Source: an uncultured Actinomycetes bacterium (GTDB taxonomy: Bacteria > Actinomycetota > UBA4738 > HRBIN12). From it: DNA of 64,000 nucleotides. Location: the NCBI GenBank assembly GCA_963850315.1, contig CAWKKN010000006.1, positions 4,843 to 68,842 of the forward strand. Direction: 5' to 3'. The notes beneath the pieces are model-generated. The model did no database searches. It saw only the letters and a list, made by a program, of their open reading frames with translations, and was not told the DNA's origin. Positions 1-9,280 of the stretch are shown here, piece by piece (the stretch's first letter is position 1; each line of letters begins with the position of its first letter). The position numbers were made by a program, and so were the translations under genes.

Positions 1-841
1 CTCCATCAACCCCCTGAGGTGGCGCACCTCCTCCTGCCCGAGCCTCGGCGGGATCGGCATCTTGACCCTTTCCCGCCGAAGAGAGGCGTGACGAGCCCGA
101 GGATCGGGTTCTGGGACAGCGGACCCAGGTCCGAGGAGATAGATCCCGAGGCTTCAGCAACTGCCTGCATCGCCCGAACGAACTCTTGCCGACCGCGTCC
201 AGGACCAGGTCGTACCGCTGCTCGTCCGCCGTGAAATCCGCGACCGTGTAGTCGATGACCCTGTCGGCGCCCAGGCTCCGCACGAGGTCGACGTTCTCCG
301 TGTCGCAGACAGCGGTCACCACGGCTCCCAGACTCTTTAGGAGCTGGATCGCGGCGAACCGATCGCCCCCGTCGCGCCGTAGACGAGCACAGCCTGCCCG
401 CTGCGGATCTTCGCCTTCCTGATGTTCGAAGGGCGTAATGCGAGCCCTCGGTGCTCGGAGCCGTCTCCTCGTAGGTCAGGTTCGCCGGCATAGCTGTGAC
501 CGACCGTCCTCGGGGATCGACAGGTACTCGGCATGTGCGCCGAACCTCCATTCGTGGAACCCGAACACATCGTCGCCGACGGCGAAGGACGTGACGTCGC
601 TGCCGACCGCCTCGACCGTCCCTGCGAACTCGGTCCCGAGTATGGTCCTCCGTGGCCTGAGGAGCCCGGTGAAGACCCGGATGAAGAACGGATGAGCCGC
701 CCGGAAGCCGCAGTCGGTGCGATTCACCGTCGTAACGTGCACCTTGACGAGCACGTCGTGCTCCCCAACCGCCGGCATGGGGACGCCGACGATCCGAACG
801 ACGTCGGGCGGGCCGTACCTGGTGTGAACCGCGGCCTTCAT
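1..841 (-). CDS. NAD(P)-dependent alcohol dehydrogenase / quinone oxidoreductase (MDR family), frameshifted and running off the window
   Basis: MKAAVHTRYGPPDVV...VLVKVHVTTVNRTD...ILGTEFAGTVEAVG (ORF 476..862); VLVYGATGAIGS and LGADRVIDYT lie in other frames. Confidence 0.8.
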
Positions 842-933
842 GAACGAGATCGGACCGTCCATCTCCCGCGGACTCTAGTGCAGGCGCTCCGACACCGGAT
901 CTGCCCTCCCCTTCAACGTGCATGTCCCGCGGA

Positions 934-1731
934 TCACGCTTGCTCAGGCCGCGCGAGCTGTCCACCGTCGACCGAGACCACGGTTCCCGTTACGAACGCT
1001 GCGTCCTCCGAGCACAGCCATGCGGCCGTCGCGGCCACCTCTTCGGGGCGCCCGATCCGGTGCATCGGGATCGCCTGCACGATCGGCGCGCGCTGTTCCT
1101 CCGGGAGCGCGCCGATGCGGTCCGTCATGATCGAACCCGGGGCGATCGCGTTGATGCGGATCCCGCGACCGGCGTAGTCGAGCGCTCCGCTCTCGGTGAG
1201 CCCGATCACTCCGTGTTTGGCGGCGACGTATGCGCCGATCCCTTGCCAACCTCGAAGGCCAACGGTTGACGACATGTTGACGATCGCCCCGCCTCCGGCC
1301 TCGAGCATCGCCGGGATCTCGTACTTCATGCTGAGGAAGACCCCGCGGAGGTTGACACCGACGATGCGGTCGAACTCCTCAGGGTCCAGAGTCGCGAGCG
1401 GCACGGGCGGGTGACCGCCGCCCGCGTTGTTCACCGCGGCGTCAAGGCGGCCGAACTCCTCCATCGCCCTCCCAACGAGGCGTTCGACCGAGGGAGCATC
1501 GTTGACGTCCGTTGGAACGACGAGCGCTCGACCTCCCTCAGCTTCGATGGCTTCAGCGACGCCAGCGAGCGCCTGCTCGTCGCGCGCCGCGAGGATGACC
1601 GTTGCTCCCCGATCGGCGAACACCTGTGCGGTGGTCGCACCGATCCCGCGACTCGCCCCCGTGACGATCACGACCTTGCCCTCGAGCGAACGACCGTTCC
1701 CACCCGTCCGCTGTGGATCTTCAGCGTTCAC
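934..1731 (-). CDS. short-chain dehydrogenase/reductase (SDR)
   Basis: TGASRGIG Rossmann motif, NNAG, catalytic YVAAK, C-terminal VTGTVVSVDGG. Confidence 0.95.
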   Translation of the reverse strand: MNAEDPQRTGGNGRSLEGKVVIVTGASRGIGATTAQVFADRGATVILAARDEQALAGVAEAIEAEGGRALVVPTDVNDAPSVERLVGRAMEEFGRLDAAVNNAGGGHPPVPLATLDPEEFDRIVGVNLRGVFLSMKYEIPAMLEAGGGAIVNMSSTVGLRGWQGIGAYVAAKHGVIGLTESGALDYAGRGIRINAIAPGSIMTDRIGALPEEQRAPIVQAIPMHRIGRPEEVAATAAWLCSEDAAFVTGTVVSVDGGQLARPEQA

Positions 1732-1790
1732 GTCTTGCTCCTTCCGCTCAGCTCACCCGCCCGACTCACCCATAGCACGAGCGACTCACT

Positions 1791-2300
1791 TCACATCTGG
1801 TCGTTGCCTCTCGACGTTGCTCTGTCCGGATCGCTGACCCGCCATCGCACGATGGCGAACCCGTGCCTGAGAGCCGCGTTGAGCTTGTTCCGATCGATCT
1901 CCGCATCCGGACCGATGAACGGCACGAACGATGTCAGCCGAGGATTCGCCGCGATCATCCTCTGAAGCAGCGACTCGACCTCGTCCGGATCACGAACGAG
2001 CTCGGGTCGAGCCTGCACGTCACGGCCACGCAGACGCACCCGGATGGGCTCGCCATCGTGGAGATTGAGCTTCCATCTCCCTCCGCCGGGGGTGAGCAAG
2101 ACGCCGCCGTCCTCCACGTAGCTGACGGGTTGGCGATAGTTCCGTCCGGTCTTTCGACCCGTGTAGAACAGCAGCATCAACCGTCGACCGATGGGCGTAT
2201 CCACCGGCAGCCAGAGGAGCCATCGCATCGGGACGTTCGCGATGCGCATCAGACGCGCCCGTCGCCGGCCAGTGCGTGCCGATATCTGAGCCTCGCTCAT
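1791..2300 (-). CDS. deazaflavin (F420)-dependent nitroreductase family protein
   Basis: LMLLFYTGRKTGRNYRQPV...WKLNL motif typical of DDN/FDOR split-barrel proteins; ATG at 2300 with upstream GGAGAG. Confidence 0.75.
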   Translation of the reverse strand: MSEAQISARTGRRRARLMRIANVPMRWLLWLPVDTPIGRRLMLLFYTGRKTGRNYRQPVSYVEDGGVLLTPGGGRWKLNLHDGEPIRVRLRGRDVQARPELVRDPDEVESLLQRMIAANPRLTSFVPFIGPDAEIDRNKLNAALRHGFAIVRWRVSDPDRATSRGNDQM

Positions 2301-2342
2301 CGACGCTCTCCCTTCGTGGTCTCTCACCCTTCAACCTAACGA

Positions 2343-2355
2343 TAGAGTGACTCTA
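2343..2355. promoter_or_regulatory. palindromic operator, likely TetR site
   Basis: perfect inverted repeat TAGAGT-G-ACTCTA between divergent tetR and oxidoreductase genes. Confidence 0.65.
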
Positions 2356-2360
2356 AGTTT

Positions 2361-2389
2361 TTGGCAACCCTAAGGAAAGGTGCTATCAT
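2361..2389 (+). promoter_or_regulatory. sigma70-type promoter for leaderless tetR
   Basis: TTGGCA-17 bp-TATCAT with extended TG; ATG 6 nt after the -10 and no SD. Confidence 0.65.
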
Positions 2390-2395
2390 CCAGCC

Positions 2396-3067
2396 ATGAG
2401 CAGGTCGACCGGACTTCGCGAACGGAAGAAGCGTCAGACACGCGAGGCGATCGCCGACGCGGCGTGGCAGCTGTTCCTCGACCGAGGCTTCGATGACGTC
2501 ACCGTTGCAGAAGTAGCTCGCGCGGCAGACGTCTCAGAGGCGACGGTCTTCAACTACTTCCCGACGAAGGAGGACCTCGCCTACCACCGGATGGAGGACT
2601 TCGAAGATGAGTTGCATGAGGCGATCACGAACCGTGGTGCGGGGACGTCGGTCGTCGACGCGTTCGGGAGCTTCGTGCTCGAGCCGCGAGGGTTCTTGAA
2701 GGCCGGCGACGAAGTTCGTCACGACGATCCTGTCGCGGTGACGAAGATCTTCACGGACAGCCCGACGCTGCTCGCCCGCGAGCGACAGATCTACGATCGC
2801 TATGCGGAGCACCTGATCGACCTCATCGCCGAAGAACGGCATGCCCATCGGGACGATCTCGAACCACTGGTGATCGCGCGAGCATTGATCAGCCTCCACC
2901 GGGCCATGATCGATCACGTCCGTCAGCGCGTGCTTACGGGCGCGACCACGGAGGCGATACGGCGTGAGATCCGCAGCCGTGGCCGACAGAGTTTCGCCCT
3001 CCTGAAGGAGGGACTCGATCACGGACTCACATCGGCGGGGTCGAGCGCCGGCGATCCGCGACGGTGA
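2396..3067 (+). CDS. TetR/AcrR family transcriptional regulator
   Basis: GLRERKKRQTREAI...GFDDVTVAEVARAADVSEATVFNYFPTKEDL HTH. Confidence 0.95.
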   Translation: MSRSTGLRERKKRQTREAIADAAWQLFLDRGFDDVTVAEVARAADVSEATVFNYFPTKEDLAYHRMEDFEDELHEAITNRGAGTSVVDAFGSFVLEPRGFLKAGDEVRHDDPVAVTKIFTDSPTLLARERQIYDRYAEHLIDLIAEERHAHRDDLEPLVIARALISLHRAMIDHVRQRVLTGATTEAIRREIRSRGRQSFALLKEGLDHGLTSAGSSAGDPRR

Positions 3068-3464
3068 CGTACCCCGTCGGCGCGTGGCATTTATCGCTTC
3101 GTTGAAGGTGGGGCTCTCAGAGCTCCGTGACTACAGGCCTTTCCGGTGGCACGGATGAGCGCGAGCGACCTTCGCCATCACGCCGAGGAAAGGAGGGCAC
3201 CGAAGCGACGCGATGTCCCTAGGGAAGACCCGAGCGTGGGCCGAACCCTCGACGCTGGAGCCAGCGATCACCGAACGGCCAAGCAGGAAGGCACACCTCG
3301 CCTGATCCACGCATGCGAGCCAGCGCCACGTGGCCAGCCAAGGTTGGACCCGAGCACCTATTTTCACATCCGGTCACGCAGTTGATCCCCTGCACTCCTG
3401 TAGGTGGATCTCAGTGTCGTCAAGCGGCGCTGTCTTCTGGCGACGGCGATTCTCTGGAGATGCA

Positions 3465-3524
3465 ATGAGTCTGATCTGGCACGCGACGATGTCACTCGAT
3501 GGAATGATCGCGGGGCCGCGGTGA
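3465..3524 (+). pseudogene. N-terminal remnant of a dihydrofolate reductase/RibD-C family gene
   Basis: SD GGAG then MSLIWHATMSLDGMIAGP, matching the MSLDGxIAGP start motif, followed by an immediate stop. Confidence 0.5.
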
Positions 3525-3874
3525 GGGCCGAAGGGTGATGCAACCCCTTCCTCGGCCGACGCACCCGACCCGTAGAACGGCGCTGCGCCCGATCTCAGCA
3601 GCCTCAGAAGCCTGGAGCCGCTCCCACGCCGGGCACCGCTCTCGCCCCTTGTTGTTCATCCGACGGCAGCGGTCCGGACGGTAAGAGGGCCTAGGGTACC
3701 TGTTGCAGTCCTCTCGCTTCACCGATCCATGGCCACAGGCCGTCGCCGGCAGGGCGATCTGATCGGCTCCGAGAGCCTGCTGAAGTCGGGACGACCCCCT
3801 CACCCCGGGCCCTCTTCCGGTCCGGTTCCCAAGGGGGTCGTTTCGCGTACGAGGGCACCATCGGATTGAGGAGC

Positions 3875-4075
3875 CTAGGCCGGCACCTTCTGGCGGCTCA
3901 TGGCCCTCAGCTGGTCCCGAGCCATACGCTCTGCGATCATAGGGATGTAGTTCGTGATCCGAGCCTCACGGCTGAGGGTCGATGCCTGTTCTTCGAGGCA
4001 TCGCTGCACGGTCTCTTCTGAGAAGACTCCCGTGAACCGCTTGGTCAGACGTTCCTCCGCAGCCGACAAGTCCAT
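3875..4075 (-). CDS. small three-helix-bundle protein resembling the N-terminal domain of actinobacterial ArsC/LMW-PTP proteins
   Basis: RFTGVFSEETVQRCL...ARITNYIPMIAERMARDQL; SD GAGGAG. Confidence 0.7.
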   Translation of the reverse strand: MDLSAAEERLTKRFTGVFSEETVQRCLEEQASTLSREARITNYIPMIAERMARDQLRAMSRQKVPA

Positions 4076-4591
4076 AGCTCCTCGCTTCCTAGCTCCAACG
4101 CTACGTCGTCAAGGTGTCGGGGGAGTATGTCCACGCCTTCGAGCCTCGCTAGCTGGTCGTGGAACCCTCCTCGCCGGTTAGGTCGCCGGGTTAGCCGATC
4201 ACCTCGCTCCACTCGACCTGCCGATCTGCAGCCCGCCGATCAAGATCGCCCAGGTTCCGATGACGCACGGGAGCGCGAGCGCCGACAGGTCCGGCCAGAG
4301 CCAGACGACCGCCTCCGTACCCTATGACGATGGCCTTCGGGACCAAGCGCGGCATCGGACGATCGTCCCGGCCGTCCTCTTCGCCCGGACGCGCGGCCGC
4401 GCCAGTCGGCGGATGAGCGGTCTCGGCCTCCGCGTTCCGCATGTGCTGGGCACCTCCACAAGTGCGACGCTATGTCTGGGTCTCGATCTCAGCTTCCACC
4501 GCGCGCGACTCACTGGCATCCGTCGATCGACCAGCCGAACACCGGTGGACCAGTAGCTGCAAGGACGACGGCTCGAGCATGCACACGCGGG

Positions 4592-6124
4592 TCAGTGCGC
4601 AGGCTCCGCCCCGGACCGGTCGTCTGATCCCGTCGGCTCCCCCCGTGTGGTCGAGCTCGATGGCGAGGGGACGAGCAGATGGGCGAACGGATCCAAAGGC
4701 GGGTCCATCTCGCTCGCACGTACGATCGACACTGAAGTCGCTCGCCGATCTCCGAACGGGGAGACCACGAGCAACCGCTCGCCCGTGCCCGTGAGTAACG
4801 ACGTGATCGTCGAGCTCGGAAGACCCGAGATTGTCGCCGCGAGGTCCACCAGCGCCTCGCCCGGTCGAGGCTCCGAGATGACCAGTCCCGCATCGGTGCC
4901 GGCGCGCGCCTCGTCCGAGAGCCTCGACGGGTGCGCGACGAGCAGGCAGCAGCCCGAAGCGGGGAGAGCGGCGTCGACGAACCGTGGCTCGCGATCCCGG
5001 TCCTCGGTGAACACCCAGTGCGGCAGTCCTGTCTCCCGACGCTCGCACCGGACCTCCATCCACAGGTCTTCCAGATACCGGCCGCGTGAAGCCTGATCCA
5101 GGTGCGAGAGATCCGCGACGGCGATGCCCGCATGCCGAAGCAACCACAGCACCGCGGTCGGTGCCTGGATCGAGCGATCCGCTCCGACAAGGACGCGTTC
5201 CGGCGTCTCACCGAACGGGAAGTCGCCAGAGCCATCGACGACGAGCACCGAGTAGCCGAGCGTAGTCAACTGCTTCGCGAGGAGGCCGGCAAGGCTCACC
5301 CGCTGCTCGCGCGCACCGCCAGCCACCAGCACGTTCCGAGGCTGCGCCGGGAGCCAGACGGCGTCGCCGCGATCGTCGACGCCGATGACGAGGTGCCGTC
5401 GCTTTGAAGCGAAGCGGGTCGGATCATCCAACAGTCCGCCCGCGAGCAGGTGCGCCACTCCAGCGCCGTCTGGCTCGTCGAGGACCAGATCGGCTCGATC
5501 CCTGAGCGAGCTTACGGCATCGGCCACCGCGACGCCGAACTCCGCCACATCGAAGAGGGAGTGGTCGTTCTCGGCGTCGCCGATCGCGAGCGTGTCGTGC
5601 GGCGACACTCCGAGATGCCGAAGCGCGTTCAGCAGCCCGCTGCCCTTGTTCACGCCGGCCGGGAGGATCATCAGGAGGTTGCGGTTCCGGACGAGCTGGT
5701 ACTCGAACCCCAGTCGACGGATCTCGTCGAGCACGGCGTGCTCGTCCCCAGCGCCGGTGAATCCGATGACTGCACCCCTGCCCATCTCGACTCCGCGATC
5801 AGCGAGTGCCGCGGCCATGGAACCGTCCACCGGGGCGGACAACGCCTGACGGCGATCGGGGGCAAACAGGACGGCGCCGTTCTCGGCGACCACCGCGTCC
5901 ACGTGGTCCAGGACGTCGGAGATGACGTCCCGTACCCCGCCGACGGTTCGACCGGTGACCAAGATGACGCGCCGTCCTTCGTTCCGGGTCCGCCGGAGCG
6001 CCGCGAGCACGTGTGGCGGTAACCACGATCCGTCCGCCAGGGTCCCGTCGATCCCGACGGCGACCGCCCGGAACGAAGGCACGCTCCCCGAACGGGATCC
6101 CTTGAGAACGCCAGCGTTCGTCAT
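4592..6124 (-). CDS. Cof-type HAD hydrolase fused to a degenerate C-terminal ATPase-like region
   Basis: motif II LVTGR, motif III/IV GVNKGSGL...AIGDAENDHSLF; motif I reads VGIDGT. Confidence 0.8.
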   Translation of the reverse strand: MTNAGVLKGSRSGSVPSFRAVAVGIDGTLADGSWLPPHVLAALRRTRNEGRRVILVTGRTVGGVRDVISDVLDHVDAVVAENGAVLFAPDRRQALSAPVDGSMAAALADRGVEMGRGAVIGFTGAGDEHAVLDEIRRLGFEYQLVRNRNLLMILPAGVNKGSGLLNALRHLGVSPHDTLAIGDAENDHSLFDVAEFGVAVADAVSSLRDRADLVLDEPDGAGVAHLLAGGLLDDPTRFASKRRHLVIGVDDRGDAVWLPAQPRNVLVAGGAREQRVSLAGLLAKQLTTLGYSVLVVDGSGDFPFGETPERVLVGADRSIQAPTAVLWLLRHAGIAVADLSHLDQASRGRYLEDLWMEVRCERRETGLPHWVFTEDRDREPRFVDAALPASGCCLLVAHPSRLSDEARAGTDAGLVISEPRPGEALVDLAATISGLPSSTITSLLTGTGERLLVVSPFGDRRATSVSIVRASEMDPPLDPFAHLLVPSPSSSTTRGEPTGSDDRSGAEPAH

Positions 6125-6128
6125 CGCG

Positions 6129-7103
6129 TCACGTCTCCTGCTGGAATCGCATCAGCCCGGAGGGCCGGCGGTGCGCCGCGGGATGCGGAGGCGAGAGACG
6201 TCCGGCGAGCCAGACGCCCTGATGACGCGAGGAGATCCTCACGCGGAGCGCTGCGGGCTGGATCACGAACTCCAGCGGCGGGATCAGATCGACCGCCTCG
6301 CCGTCGATCCCCGCGTGCACCGGGCCGGAGGCGTCGGCCTCGAGACGCGGGGTGGTCCACGCCCGCCCCCGCGGAGGACGGTCGAGGCGCGGCGCGGCGA
6401 GGACGACCACCCCGAGCCGTCCGCTGTCGAGCGTCGGACGCGCGCCCGCCGCCACCGGCCGGTCCAGCTCGTACGGGTTGTTCGACACGATCAGGACGGC
6501 GGGGTGGGTGTGTTCGCGGCCCAGATCGTCGACGAGGTGCAGGTCGGGGAGCGCTGCGCTCGGACCTAGCACCTCCTCGGCAGTCTCCAGCAGTGTCCGC
6601 ACCTTCGCGTCGCGGTACGCCGGTCGCCTGACGGCGTCGGCGTAGATGCCGAGCGAGACGTTGTTCAGGAACGTGCGGCCGTTCACTTCCCCGACGTCGA
6701 TCCGACGCTCGATCCCGTCGGTGAGTGCATCGAGCGCGCCGAGCAGATCGTGTCGGTCGATCCCCAGATCGAGCGCGAAGTGGTTCTTCGTGCCAGCGGG
6801 AACGCACGCGAACGGAAGTCCATCGGCCGCGGCGATCGCCGCGACAGGCCCCAGCGATCCATCGCCGCCCGCTACGGCCAGCGCATCCGCGCCGCTGGCC
6901 ACCGCTTCCCGGACCAGTGCAGCCAGATCCTGATGCGGGGTCAGGACCACCACCCGGATCCCTCGTGCTCGCGCCCGATCGACGAGGCCTGCGCGCGTCG
7001 CTCTACCGCCGCCGGAGGACGGGTTGACGAACAGGAACGGTCGTCGCGGCAACTCGGCCGGCTCACTCTCGCGCCCGACCGCCGCCGCCTGGGGAGGGTT
7101 CAT
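6129..7103 (-). CDS. diacylglycerol/lipid kinase family protein
   Basis: VNPSSGGG, AGGDGS, PAGTKNHFALDLG, FLNNVSLG, GIDGE. Confidence 0.92.
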   Translation of the reverse strand: MNPPQAAAVGRESEPAELPRRPFLFVNPSSGGGRATRAGLVDRARARGIRVVVLTPHQDLAALVREAVASGADALAVAGGDGSLGPVAAIAAADGLPFACVPAGTKNHFALDLGIDRHDLLGALDALTDGIERRIDVGEVNGRTFLNNVSLGIYADAVRRPAYRDAKVRTLLETAEEVLGPSAALPDLHLVDDLGREHTHPAVLIVSNNPYELDRPVAAGARPTLDSGRLGVVVLAAPRLDRPPRGRAWTTPRLEADASGPVHAGIDGEAVDLIPPLEFVIQPAALRVRISSRHQGVWLAGRLSPPHPAAHRRPSGLMRFQQET

Positions 7104-7125
7104 GGCTCGGACCTATCCGTGTCGC

Positions 7126-7719
7126 CTACGCCAACGAGGAGGCGGCGCCTATCTCCTTCCCCGCGTCTCGAACCCCGAACGCGAGCATGATCTGCGTGAT
7201 GCCCTTGAACAGCGCGAAGAAACCGACCCAGAACAAGATCAGATACGTCCGTTGAGCCAGCGTGTATACGCGGTCGGATCCGGACACCCAGAACGCCAGC
7301 AGGAGGAGGAGGACGCCCGTGATCAGACCGACCCACCAGTAGGGATTCGTCGCGCGCGTGCTCACCGCCCGAGCGATCTCGAATACGCCGTAGAAGACCA
7401 AGATCAACCCCAGCACGGATGCGAGCGCGAAGAAGGTCTCGATCGGCGTGATCAAGCCCCACAGCCCGCCGAGGAGGAAGATGAACGCCATCACGTAGTG
7501 CCAGACCTTCCATCCTCCGGGTATCAGGGTGGCCACGGCCACCTCGTTCACGGCGGCGACGATGAACACCGCGCCGATCAACACGCCCACGGTCGCGATC
7601 GAGGTCGCGTTCAAGCGCAGCACGATCCACGCGATCAGCAGCCACGCGATCCCCGACACGAGCAGGATCCACCAGTAGCGGGCTCCTTCTCGAACGATCC
7701 TTCGTTCCTCGGCCATCAT
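7126..7719 (-). CDS. HdeD/DUF308 family membrane protein
   Basis: about six TM helices with WWILLVSGIAWLLIA and NPYWWVGLITGVL repeats; start MMAEERR after SD GAGGAG. Confidence 0.8.
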   Translation of the reverse strand: MMAEERRIVREGARYWWILLVSGIAWLLIAWIVLRLNATSIATVGVLIGAVFIVAAVNEVAVATLIPGGWKVWHYVMAFIFLLGGLWGLITPIETFFALASVLGLILVFYGVFEIARAVSTRATNPYWWVGLITGVLLLLLAFWVSGSDRVYTLAQRTYLILFWVGFFALFKGITQIMLAFGVRDAGKEIGAASSLA

Positions 7720-7924
7720 GACCCCTCCTCTCTCGACCCTTCGTGGATGGACTGGCGATGGCGCCGAGCCGCGGCTCCGACCACGCGCTCCGCCTGATCC
7801 AGCGCCGCCTGCATCTCCTCCAAGCCCTCCTTCGCCTTGGCGATCCGCGGCGAGCGGATGCCAAGCCCTCCTTCGCCTTGGCGATCCGCTCGCCGCGCGA
7901 CCCATCCACCGCCACCTCCTTCAT
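7716..7924 (-). pseudogene. small coiled-coil ORF (~55 aa) interrupted by a 41-bp duplication
   Basis: MKEVAVDGSRGERIAKAKEGL and RIAKAKEGLEEMQAALDQAERVV are in different frames and join if the duplication is removed. Confidence 0.5.
7820..7896. repeat. 29-bp direct repeat with an inverted spacer
   Basis: CCAAGCCCTCCTTCGCCTTGGCGATCCGC at 7820-7848 and 7861-7889; 7847-7859 is the reverse complement of 7884-7896. Confidence 0.9.
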
Positions 7925-7985
7925 CCCCTTTCATCGGGACCTGGCTCCGACGGCGAGCACTACGTCAGCGACTCGAGATCGCCCA

Positions 7986-8408
7986 TCAGCTCGTCGCCAC
8001 GTCGTCGGCGTCCATCTGCGCAAGGATCGCGTCTAGGACTGCGTACTCGGCCTCCTCGACGGCCCCGAACGCGAAGTCGATCGCATCCTCCGCATAGCCG
8101 CTGGCGATGTCCGCATCGAACTGAGCCGACTTAGCATCGGCCTTCGCCTTCTTCGCCTCGACGTGTGCTCTCGCGGTCCCGATGTGCCTGGCCCAATCCG
8201 ATTGGACGCCCGCCCACCAGTCCGAGGCCTTGCCCTCCGCAGCTTCGCCGCGCTGCTGGAGCTCATCTGCCTTCTGCTGTGCGGCCTCCGACGCCTGGTT
8301 GACCTCGGATTGCAACTTCTCCCTGGCAGTGCTCGAGGCGGCGCGAGCACGATCCTCGGCTTCCTTCGCTCGTTGCGCCAGCTCCGCCAAACGATCTGAC
8401 AGTGCCAT
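7986..8408 (-). CDS. hypothetical alanine-rich helical/coiled-coil protein
   Basis: 140 aa with good codon usage and strong SD GAAGGAG; MALSDRLAELAQRAKEAEDRA...YAEDAIDFA. Confidence 0.8.
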   Translation of the reverse strand: MALSDRLAELAQRAKEAEDRARAASSTAREKLQSEVNQASEAAQQKADELQQRGEAAEGKASDWWAGVQSDWARHIGTARAHVEAKKAKADAKSAQFDADIASGYAEDAIDFAFGAVEEAEYAVLDAILAQMDADDVATS

Positions 8409-8533
8409 CGTGGCTACTCCTTCCTCCAGGCATCGGTAGATCGGCTACTCTCGCCTGGTCTCACGCATCCTTAGGCTCACTACCCGGTGACCAAGACGGC
8501 AGGCACGATCGTGCCTTCGTCCGTACGGCGTAC

Positions 8534-9013
8534 TCAGATCTTCGTTCCTCGCGTCTCACCTCCCTTGTCAGTCGTGCCGGGCCCGACCTCCCACTCGGGA
8601 TCGGATCGGGCGGGTGCCCCCCGGCCCCGGCGAAACATGCGTCGCCACCATCTCTTGGCGGCCTCCGCCTCCACCTCATGCAGCTGGATGTCGGCTCGCA
8701 TCTCCTGGCGGGCGTCCCCCCGTTCTTCCGCCGTCGCCGACGCGAGCTCGGCGAACGTCACAGCGATCTGGTCCTCCAAGGAGCCGAGATCCCGCTCGAA
8801 CGTGCGCCGCTCGTGGGTGCCCGCCAGCGGCATCTGTCTCGACCGTTCGTTCAGGTCGACCACGACCTCGTGGAGCGACTCGAGATAGCGCGCTTCGCGG
8901 AACTGCACGACGTTCCCGGACCGGTCGTTGGCCTCCCGGAGCCGGTCGATCTGCTCGCTCGCCCGACCGAGGCGGGCATCGAGCTCACGATCGCGACCGT
9001 CATGGGTGGTCAT
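8534..9013 (-). CDS. hypothetical helical protein, paralogous to the C-terminal domain of the BON protein at 12615
   Basis: shared GNVVQFR-x2-RYLE motif and ungapped alignment. Confidence 0.75.
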   Translation of the reverse strand: MTTHDGRDRELDARLGRASEQIDRLREANDRSGNVVQFREARYLESLHEVVVDLNERSRQMPLAGTHERRTFERDLGSLEDQIAVTFAELASATAEERGDARQEMRADIQLHEVEAEAAKRWWRRMFRRGRGAPARSDPEWEVGPGTTDKGGETRGTKI

Positions 9014-9280
9014 CGCGAGACCCCATCCACATCATCTCGACCACGCAGCGCGGCCCGATGCCGACGCCGCGCACCCCGGTGGACTCGTTCTGCACCGGAT
9101 CCGATCGCTGGGGACTTCGGCCGCCCCGTGCAACGCCGATCCCATCGACCGTCACCTCCCCTCCGACGCCACATCTCCCGCGTGTCCAGCGTGGGACCCA
9201 GCCGGTGCGCTCGCATCCGTGGATCGACCAGGGGACCACCGGTCGGCATGGGGTAGATCCGCCCGCGGAGGTTCGGCCGT

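Noticed and set aside
4191-4442. 83-aa ORF downstream of the HAD gene
   Set aside because: No recognisable family or clear SD; cannot be supported from sequence alone
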